A DNA stretch of 63,177 bases, counting the filler, from Choristocarpus tenellus KU-1152 (Eukaryota > Protista > Phaeophyceae): the NCBI GenBank assembly GCA_964200185.2. It is 13 parts of 13 records of this genome, joined end to end, with 100 filler letters (N's around TTAATTAATTAA, not from the genome) between each part and the next. Parts side by side here need not be neighbours in the genome. Positions count along the whole stretch, not along the records: positions 35,839 to 41,330 come from CAXNAD020010619.1; positions 41,431 to 46,198 come from CAXNAD020013135.1; positions 46,299 to 60,136 come from CAXNAD020001351.1; 10 more parts are not named here. One strand, 5' to 3'. The stretch's first letter is position 1. Each line of letters opens with the position of its first letter. The notes beneath the pieces are model-generated. The model saw only the letters and a list, made by a program, of their open reading frames with translations. It ran no database searches and was not told where the DNA came from. The position numbers and the translations under genes are program-made. This document shows positions 39,447 to 49,030 of this stretch, one piece after another.

Positions 39447-39886
39447 TTTCTTCATTTGAGTGTCTCAATGAATGACCACACATTTCTCTTCAACTATAGT
39501 CTGATCGAGTAAGGCATGCCTTCAGACGCACCAGACCAAACCCACAGGTGACTCGTTGCACTATGACACACACCTGTCTCTAAACGTGCTAAGCACAGCA
39601 CAACCAAACACACTTTCACATCAATCATAGTCTCTCTGAGTAAAATAAGCTGCCAGACATACTAGTACATATTTCACATCAACCATAGTCTGATCGAGTA
39701 AAACATGCCTTCAGATGCACCAGGCCGGACCCGCAGGTGTCTTGTTGAACTATGTATGACACACACGTGCCCCTAAACGTGTCAACCACAGCACAACCAA
39801 ACATGCTTTCACATCAACCATGGTCTCCTTGAGTAGAACATGTCATCAGACCCAACAGAACAAATTCATCAGTGCTGTGTTGCACT

Positions 39887-40147
39887 GAGCCAATGTATCT
39901 TAGAGGGTAGAGCCACGTCAGTTTGGGGGCCAAAATTCAATGTTACGATTTGATGTAATTTGGCTATCGTGTTTGTTAGGAAGAAGTGTCAATATCCTTG
40001 TTACGGGCACACCTTTTAATAACGTACACATTTTATCAATTCCGAAACATTTCGAAGTAGAAAAATGTAATTCAGTTTTTTTTTCCAAAGCCAAGCCCCA
40101 AACGGGCAAACAGGGCAAAACTCGTACCCACTAAGATACTTTCACAA
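39887..40147 (-). mobile_element. MITE family A, TSD probably ACT
   Basis: Reverse copy with a mutated terminus. The empty site TTGCACTATG is present in the second LTR copy. Confidence 0.88.
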
Positions 40148-41430
40148 ACTATGATACCCTTCGCTACCTCGAACTACCCACACCACAACAATGCATAAGT
40201 CATACGAAATCAGGTTTTAACAATGTCCACCTCAGTGTGGGGGGCAGAGTTGTTTGTGTGCGCGCAAGGGGGCGATGGTGGCTTTGAAATCCTTTCAACA
40301 ATTTTAACGGTCGCAGCAAAATACATTGACCATGCAGGGTGCAAGTGACAACCAGGAATTCTCTTGAAAACCAATTTGCCACCTAAAAAGTGAGAACGTA
40401 CTAGCTGTGCCAGTACATTTCGCACCCATGCCTGCTGCAGCTTGGTAAGAGAACAGGTTGAATCCAAAATTCGGAACATGAGCTACTTTTTTTAGTAATA
40501 TTTCCGCTTCCATAATTTTGACGCGAGGGGGACAAGATAGTTAGATCCCCATGACCTGCGTTGTGGAAGGAATTCTGACAGCAGTAATTATCCTTCCATC
40601 AATCTCACAAGGATTGTAGTTGGCCATACATGTTTTCATGTTTGTCATGTGACATCAGGCCGCGCTGTCACAAATCCACTCTTCTCTTCGTGTACCAACC
40701 CCAACACTTGATACACCAGACACTCATTTATCCCACACTTGCCTTGGACATTTGTTCGCACGCTCCCAAAGAGCGTGGTGCTTTACCAAGAAGATAATGA
40801 TGTAGAAAGTGCTTTATTAAGTTACAGCGAAGAGTAAGATCTATCCACAAGGGGGGAGTGTTGCTCTACCCTCCATAATCATCATCATACCAAACAATCT
40901 TAGAAGTTACCAAACAATATATTTCCTAGACCATTACTCTAACATCACAATATTGTAATATTCCTTTCCATCACTCTTGAATCATTCTAGTTTCACTGTA
41001 TTGCGTCAAAGGCATTTGTTAGTTCATGCGTACTAATAGCAACAATGAGTGCGTACAGTCTTTCAAAGCATCTCCTTATTCGAACATTCTCTCCTGCTCC
41101 GCACTCACAATGTTCTGTTATTACAGCCCAACACTGATCCTAGGTTTATCCGAGCTACACTTCAAATCCTAAATTTCAAATCATCTGAAATTAATTGCAC
41201 CCCTCACATGATACATGAAATTACCCCGATTGAGAGGCTTGGTGAGAGAAATTCTGCATGCTGCTCCTTGTTGAAACCTGAATCGAATGCATTGTATATG
41301 ATACATAGACTACGAAGGAAGAGGAATCATNNNNNNNNNNNNNNNNNNNNNNNNNNNNNNNNNNNNNNNNNNNNTTAATTAATTAANNNNNNNNNNNNNN
41401 NNNNNNNNNNNNNNNNNNNNNNNNNNNNNN

Positions 41431-44400
41431 GGGGGGGACGGGGGGGGGGGGACGGGGGGGGGGGGGGGAGGGGGGCGGGGGGGGGGGGGGACAGGATGAA
41501 GGATTTTGGGAAACACCCACCCGGACTACTAGAAACCAGGGGCCGCCAGCTTCCATGGTCAATCGTATTGCTGCTGCAGGGGATGGGCGAAAGACTGGGG
41601 GAAAGCCAACAGCTACATTTGGGGGGTACGATGTGAAGTGGAGGATTTGATAAGAGGGGGAGGAGGGGGAACCTTGTGTGTATATGCGTTCATGTGGATG
41701 GAAGATGGAGGGAGGGTGAACTTATGGACCATGAATACCATGGTTCATAAAAAATATATGTTCTGTTTTTGTAAAGAAGGGTTTGATGTCATGGTTGAGA
41801 ACAATCACCTTGCCCTCTGTATACAGGCATAGCTTGCATATTCAGGTGTAGAGTGTATGTAGACATTTGATACATCATGCAGCCCTTTGGATGGTAGAAA
41901 CAGACATTGAATGTACGGTTGATTTTTGAGGATTCAAGTCGTTGTGAGGTCCTCTACCCAGGCTGTTTTTCACAAGGAATCTGATTTATTGCCATCTTGT
42001 GTATGCTCATCTGTTTTGGGGGGGTAAGGGTTTTAATTATGGTGTTGTCCAGGACACCCTTGGATGACTTTTTTTTTTCCTATCAACTGTGCCATATTTT
42101 GCCACTTGTTTGGCGTTTGAGTTTTGGTTTAGGTCTGTATACTCTCTAATTACAAAGTGCTGACTGAGGAATGAGGTCTTTGTTGGCGGTGTGAGGATTT
42201 TTTGTGCTGCGAATAGAAGAGCACCCGATGGAAGAGTTGCATGCTTTTGGTGTGGTTCATGTATTCCCACTGTTAGTACCACAATAGCACAACCTGTGCA
42301 CCTTTCAATAGGTTTAAGGTGGCGCAGGAATACCCCTCTCGATCCCTTGTTTAAGGCTTACATAAAACCCCTTGTAATATTGCCCCTCACTGAAACACCA
42401 CTTCCAAACCAAATGGCGTGTTCTGTTGTTTGTTGCTCTTGGTAATTTAAAAAATATATATATTTGTATGTGTAAATTGTAAGAGTATGTAGTTCCTTGT
42501 TTTTGACCTCTCAAGCCTGTGGTGTGGTGGTGAGCAGGTCAGCAATGTCGCCTGACACAGCCTTGTGGGCAAGCCAGCAGTTAAAGAAGATAACTGGTAA
42601 GGATGATCTCACTTTGCTGGAGTTTTGCATGTCCCTCACAGATGCCTCTGAGATAAGGCAGTACATTGCAGCTTATCTTGGCTCCACTCCTCAGGCAAGT
42701 GGCACAGGATGTAGGGACTTTGGGTGGGNNNNNNNNNNGGCGTGTTCCGGTGTGTTGTTGGGGGGGTTGTGGGTGTGTGCGGTGGTCTGTGGCAGCGTGG
42801 GGTAAGGGAGTAAGGGAGTAGAAATGCTTTTTTTGTTACGTGGAGGTGGTTTGGGATTTTAAGAGAGTCAACTTTGCTGGGTGTGAGATACTGAAGTGGA
42901 TTGAAACTAGATGGGGATGAATTTTGTTAGATATGATGTGTGTGTGCTGCATGGCAGTCAGGTGCCCCCCCTGACTGGTAAGGGTTTGCTTGGATGTTAC
43001 TTTAGGGGGGCGGGAGGTATCTCTTGTTTTCATGATGTTCACTTATCAGTTTACTTGGTGAAGATTTGCCCTTGTGCATAAAGATGGAGATATATATATA
43101 TATATATTTATTTTTTCGGTTTGAGTGTGTTTATACAATGCGTGTGTCATAGCCATTGTGTACTTTTTGATTAAGGACTAGTTGAGGATTGTGGTCGTTA
43201 TTACTATTATTAGTAGTACCTTTGTTTACTATCATAGAGCGATTAGCATATTTGCTCATTGCTTTTTATGAGTAGAGGACTGCAGGCAGCTTTATTGTTG
43301 AGAGTATTTGGTTGTTCTTGACATCTCCTTCAAGTCTAGGTGAGCGCACCCCTCTCCAGGAGTGATGAAAGGAGCTTTGCAGCTAACCAACCATCTTCCA
43401 TTGTTTTTTATGGGCACGATGTAAGGGGACATTATTTTGCTGGCACTAGTGATTAGAGTAATCTGCATTGACCCATCGTAATTGATCCCGATTCTTGCCT
43501 GTGATATTTTTTGGATTTTTTTTTTTGGCACATGACGAGACTTGTAATAGTGCAGTTTCACATTTTCTTCAAGGTACAGACTTCACATTTTTGAGGGTGT
43601 TTTTAAGAGGGGGTAATGAATGAAAAGAATTAGTTTTTACGCCAGTGTGTGTGTGTTTTTAACAGGGTTAGGGTTTTCTTGGCAGTACAGTGTGGCTAGG
43701 AAAAATGTGTTTGACAGTGTGGTCTGTGTGAAATTTGCTGTACTGTTCAGGTTAAATACACGGTGTTGCACCACTACAATGACCGGTACTTTTTTTTTGA
43801 GAATTCTGAAAGTTTGTCCATTAGTCCCTGGACTATATGCTTCCTATTCTTAAGATTTGATTTTCATGTGTTGGCAGAGCTCTGGTGTACTGTAGTCTAG
43901 AAAAAATAAGTTTTTTTTTTCCAAGAATTTGCTTGTTTTCAACTAGTGGGATCCAACACAGTAGTTGAGTGAGTCAAGTTTGTTTGATGTGAAGTGTACA
44001 CACGAGAGCATGTTGTCAGTTGTGATATAGAAGTCTTTGGCCTGCTCTTTGACCTCCAAAAATATTTGTTGTGCAGGGTAAGATCATGTGCAAAAAGTGG
44101 TTTATGCTTTAAAGTATGGCCTCTTGAAAATTTCTCCCAGGTGTCGTCATTTGCTACTGAGTTCTTGCAGCGGAAGCAGAGGGGGAGGGGAGGTGTGACC
44201 AAAGCAGCCATCCCCAGTCAGGTGCAAGTTGTGGGAATGTTGCTTATTAACTTGGTGCATTATTTCAAGTCAAAGAAGACTCATCAATTAGATGAACTAG
44301 GTGCATTTCTGGAGTATGATCATGTTTGGTGTGCTTTGATGTAGGGGCTGAGCATGACAGCAGTGGGGTTTGTGGGTTGAAGGGGGGAGTCTCCTAGTGT

Positions 44401-45367
44401 TTTAGTGGTTCGTATACGAGGAGAGTCTTATGATTTATGGTTAGGGCTGGGGTTAGATTGATCAATGCATTAGCATGCTTTGGGGGGTGGGGGTGAATCT
44501 TTTGAATTTTTGCTCATTTCTGGTTTTGGAAAATATTTGTTCAAAATACAAAGAGATGGCAAGATAGATCCTGCAATAAAAATTGATGGAAAGTACGGTA
44601 GTGCTGTAAATTTCTTGGAGTACATGTATATATTATTTCCTGAGTATTTTGGTTGTATGATTATGTAACATGAGTTTGTTTGGAGGATTGAGGTGGATGT
44701 AGTCTCGAATTGGGTACATGGGATAATCAACAATTCTAACCCCTTAACCAGAGGAATATGGTTTTAGGAACTTTGTTTAGGTAGTAGGGGATCCTTGTTT
44801 CCAGTTTTGTGAGCCTTGAGGCACTCCTGTTGAATCATGGGTCTTATGGTCTGTTTTCCCACATGATGAAGACAAGGAACGAGATAAGTCTTGACTAATC
44901 TGCTGCTTTCATGGTTTCATTTGTAAGTCAAGTGTGCCTAATATTTGTATTTTGATGTACATGTCTTATTTTATTTTTAATAATTGTGATAATCTAGTAT
45001 GTGGCTTGACGATTCCACTTCCTTCAAAATTTTGAATGAAATATGATACCTGTAGGTCCCTCCTCCCTCTAACAAGAAACATGATGTATGATGGAAGAAA
45101 TTGAGTTCATTAACGTAAAAGTGTGCCATTTTGACGGGAGGTTGTGGATAGGACGCAAGTATCTTGTGTTAGGGTTGGGTTGTCAGCAAGTATTTTGTAA
45201 GACGACAAACAGGTTTTGAGATAGTGGCTTAGGGCACATCCATGACTTGATCATGATGTTGATGCAATAACCACCCTTGCCACTTGTGAACCCCCCAACA
45301 CCTGCCATAGGCTCAGGATGGATGGGCTGCTGCAGGGAAGAAGGGCAAGAAGGGCAAGAAGCACTGA
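41431..45367 (+). CDS. C-terminus of a GIGYF/PERQ/Smy2-like protein; exons ?-41625, 42538-42694, 44141-44221, 45311-45367
   Basis: TFG(G)|SAMSPDTALWASQQLKKITGKDDLTLLEFCMSLTDASEIRQYIAAYLGSTPQ|VSSFATEFLQRK...SQ|AQDGWAAAGKKGKKGKKH* resembles the helical C-terminal domain and Lys-rich tail of GYF-family proteins. The GYF domain itself is not in the window. Confidence 0.7.
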
Positions 45368-46315
45368 GAAGAGAACCCGATCGTTTGGGAACCTGCTTCT
45401 AGCCTTTTGCCCCCCTCATCAATACATCAATTGATTGGGGAAAGAGGCAAAAGCAATTTCAGGCATTTTCTGTGTTGGTGTCACCAAGGGGTCTCAACTT
45501 TTTAAATACTGTCTCCTCCCAGGCTTTTGGATGCTACTGCAATTGTGTTTAGTGTGGCTGACAAGTATTGGAATTGTGTTTTTGTGGAGGGTGGTGAGGG
45601 AGGGGTGTGTGTGGATGAGATGGGGTTTCCGTTGTTGTGTTAAATGGATGCAGATGGAATTATGCACAGTTGAAAGTTGGCATGAAGGAGAATTCCCAGT
45701 TGAGAGGAGGGAGTGATGTAATGAGACCATCTTTAGGAGAAGGTCTCCTGTTGATACTCTGTGGATTGGTGTATCACATGTCTCACAGAAAATTATTTTT
45801 CTTTTCTCAGCACGTGCATGTGGAAAATACAGGCACAGAGACAAGTATGTATGCGTACGCAAACCCTTCTTTGGCTAGGATTATTGCATATGGGGTGAAG
45901 ATTGTGTGTTATGCCTCAAGCACAGAGTCTGTTGGCTGTGCATGGTGTTGAGGATTTCAAAGATTGGAACTTTTGAGGGTTTCTGATTTTCTTGTGCTAC
46001 TATTGAAAAGGGAAATATAGTGCCCAATTTGCAGGTTTGACAGGTGGCATGTACTGTATTGTTGCCCATTTTCAAAGGCAAAACTTGAGTGCAACAAATT
46101 GTTTTGGTTCATGTGGGGGACAGGGGGGTGTTGGTGGTGGTGTGTGTGTGTTTGGGGGGGGGGGGTGCAGTGGGTGTGGGGGGGTAGAAAACGGGGGGNN
46201 NNNNNNNNNNNNNNNNNNNNNNNNNNNNNNNNNNNNNNNNNNTTAATTAATTAANNNNNNNNNNNNNNNNNNNNNNNNNNNNNNNNNNNNNNNNNNNNAG
46301 CTGCCGGTGCGTTGA

Positions 46316-46574
46316 GAGTGAAAGTATCTTAGAGGGTACGATTTTTGCCCTGTTTGTCCATTTGGATCTTGGCTTCCCATGGGTTTTTTAATGACATTTT
46401 CCTACTCCAAAATTTTTCGGAGTGTGTAAAATGTGTATGTTATTAGAAGGTGTGTCCAGAACATCGACATTAACACTTCCTAACACACACAATAGCCAAA
46501 ATTATATCAAAATTGCAACATTGGACTTTGGCCCCCAAATGGACGCGGCTGTACCCTCTAAGATACTTTGGCTC
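46316..46574 (+). mobile_element. MITE family A, TSD TTGA
   Basis: TIRs plus a 4-bp duplication. Confidence 0.93.
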
Positions 46575-47131
46575 TTGACTAGGAAGTGATACATTCATAG
46601 TTACATTATATACTTAGGATCAGCAAAGTGCGCATTTTTCTGATATGTTTCAGCGCTCATCTAAACAATCCGCATCTCCCTAGAAAATTATGTCAATCAA
46701 AATACAAGTATGTGTGTATCTTTTACAGTTAACATGGAGGGGACTGCCACCTATTCTTTGTATATCTTGCTTTCAATTGCACACATCCATTTCCACTCCT
46801 TGTGCAACTTGAACTGTTGGAGACGTTCATGCCCCACCATCGTATCTGTTTTTTGTTTTTTTCACTGCTGTCATCTGAATCTCCCCCCCCCCTCCACCCC
46901 CTTTTTTTACTTGAACTGGTTATCCCACTATTAGGGACTATACATATCACTTTCCTTTACTGTGATGATTTGTTTATGATTGTAGAAATGATGCCCACGA
47001 ATGTTCCTTAAACAGCCATACATCGTAGTCCCAATCCCTACTTAGCCGTACATCTACTAACCCTAAGTCGATCTAAAGCCCTCAAATGTAATCTACCGCT
47101 GTAAGCAGTAGCCCTTTATTCACAAGGTCAT

Positions 47132-47389
47132 GAGTGAAAGTATCTTAGAGGGTACGAGTTTTGCCCTGTTTGTTCATTTGGGGCTTGGCTTCCCATGGGC
47201 TTTTTATAACATTTTCCTTCTCCAAAATATTTCGGAGTAGGCAAAGTGTATACATTATTAAAAGGTGTGTCCAGAACATCGATATTGACACTTCCTGACA
47301 CACACGATAGCCAAAACTACATCAAAATTGCAACATTGAACTTTGGCCCCAAAATGGACGCGACTCTACCCTCTAAGATACTTTGCCTC
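47132..47389 (+). mobile_element. MITE family A, TSD TCAT
   Basis: TIRs plus a 4-bp duplication. Confidence 0.93.
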
Positions 47390-47604
47390 TCATCTTGAAT
47401 TTATAAACAGGGTCGTGCAGGAGCTATGGTTAATCATTGCCCTCCCCCCTCATTATATTGGTGTACTCTTCTTTTCCTTCATATTTTCCAATATAATGCT
47501 CTCACCCAGTCCATTTCTTTCAACTGTTGCATCTCGTTTTTAATCATCATATCACCGACCATACATTACTCCGAACCCCCAATTCTTACTTTTGTAACAT
47601 TCAC

Positions 47605-47738
47605 TCCACTTCAAATCCCCACCTTCCACGTGTCCTCATCCAGTACTCTGAATATCTATATTTAATTTCGTGGCGGTCACTCCACCTCAAAATCCCCACC
47701 TACCACGTGCCCTCATTCAGTACTCTGAAATATCTATA
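47605..47738 (+). repeat. Two-copy tandem repeat, about 76-bp period
   Basis: CTCCAC(T/C)TCAAATCCCCACCT(T/A)CCACGTG(T/C)CCTCAT(C/T)CAGTACTCTGAA.ATCTATA occurs twice. Confidence 0.85.
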
Positions 47739-47809
47739 CAGGTTTTCTTATTTGTTTTGTTTCTTATACCACGTTATCTCCCAGCTTGTAGCTATGCTAC
47801 ATAAAATCT

Positions 47810-49030
47810 ATGACTACTCATATTGACATAACCATTGATTCACAAGGTGCCTATGCCTAATATACGTCCCTTTACTAGCCTCATACCTTCCGCGCGTTAC
47901 CCTTGCACGGGGTGTTCCCCTCTTCATCATCCTACGACGAGTCCACGCTGTTCGATTTTTCTTCCCATATGGATTGGGGTGAACGATATAGGCAGCGGAA
48001 AACAATCGGTGCACTCTACCACTGATCGATATATAGACCTGATACCTGCCCCAGCTCTACATTTCAAGCAATATCAAAACTGTACTTTACAAGATTGTCG
48101 TAGGTACACTGCTCCTACCCTGACCCATCATATTTTCTCTATTAGTCGTGAACTCCATGGGATATCCATGTTTGGAACATAAACAGCGCATTCTACTACT
48201 CGTCCCCATCTACCCTTTACACCATCACTCTGGCAGGACTCTCAACCCTTTTCCATCCTGCTGTATGTACCAACCTATAAAGTAGTATTGTTTATAACCT
48301 ACAGTATTAACATATACTCCCACCTTTGCCAGACCACTACCGTAGGAATCGGCCCGATTCGTCATTTACGCGTTAGTCCTGTTCCACTCCGCCATAACAT
48401 CGATAACATCGCGGTCCGTCCTCCGTTACTTCTTCTCTGGATTATATCGGATACCCGTTGCATTGTGTCTGAATCTTTCACTTAACTACACATGTCCCAT
48501 TCCTACCATACACTTATGTACGACAATGTTTTTCATCGTCGTGGTCATCATCCCCCTTACCTTGTGAGCTTTTCCCTGCCATTTGTATATCTTGTTCTCA
48601 ACCATCCCAGCCTTTTCCACAGGGCCTTTCTCTCTCTCAACTGTAGGGAATATTGCTCCGGTTGTTCCTTGATCTAGCCCTCCTCATCCTGCCACCCCAT
48701 CCTCAGGTTTCCTCTTCGATTCATTATTGTCAATTCACACACAACAGCATCAATTTACTCAATTACCCTCCTTCAAACTCGTTATAGTCTTGATATTTGT
48801 CAATCATATTGCGGAAAGTTCTATCTATAGGATTAGGTACGGAAACTTCCTTCTGGGCAGCAGTCACGGTCTTTTCACAACGAAACATTTGGGGTTTAAA
48901 AAAACTCGAACGCTTGCCTCGACCAGATATTGCCCAATAGAACCCTGGGGATCTGATGTAAGAGTATCACACATGTTCGTATATAGTGCTGCTCATATAC
49001 GTAGACACCACCGGTGGATTAGATAATAGG
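47810..49030 (-). mobile_element. Decayed gypsy-like integrase/RNase H relic
   Basis: CSKHGYPMEFTTN and VHRLFSAAYIVHPNPYG resemble the integrase G.P....D and H..S.AYHPQ.NG motifs. Confidence 0.5.

Larger units (their letters stand above)
38075..40222. mobile_element. Solo LTR (family C) with 5-bp TSD ATGTC, carrying five MITE insertions
   Basis: Termini are TGTTAAAAC...GTTTTAACA, with ATGTC at 38070-38074 and 40223-40227. After removing the MITEs it is collinear with the reverse complement of 56509-57354. Confidence 0.88.
36069..40745 (-). mobile_element. Decayed Ty1/copia internal region (protease-integrase-RT order), interrupted by the solo LTR and MITEs
   Basis: Protease EEWICDSAA*CHMT...VAHVPNFGFNLFS at about 40230-40700; integrase LNRTSTTANPGCKSPYELWHG at about 37380-37470; RT start APQSYAEVRKSEYWSVWEEAMSKDLDGLLDTGTF at about 36070-36220. 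Confidence 0.82.

Noticed and set aside
39483-39860. CRISPR-like repeat/spacer appearance
   Set aside because: The spacers are unequal in length and homologous to each other, the repeats are degenerate, there are no cas genes, and the array lies inside an LTR of a eukaryote.
46316-46574. MITE A as a true RAG/Transib derivative
   Set aside because: It has no CAC terminus and no 5-bp TSD. Only the asymmetric two-box geometry is analogous.
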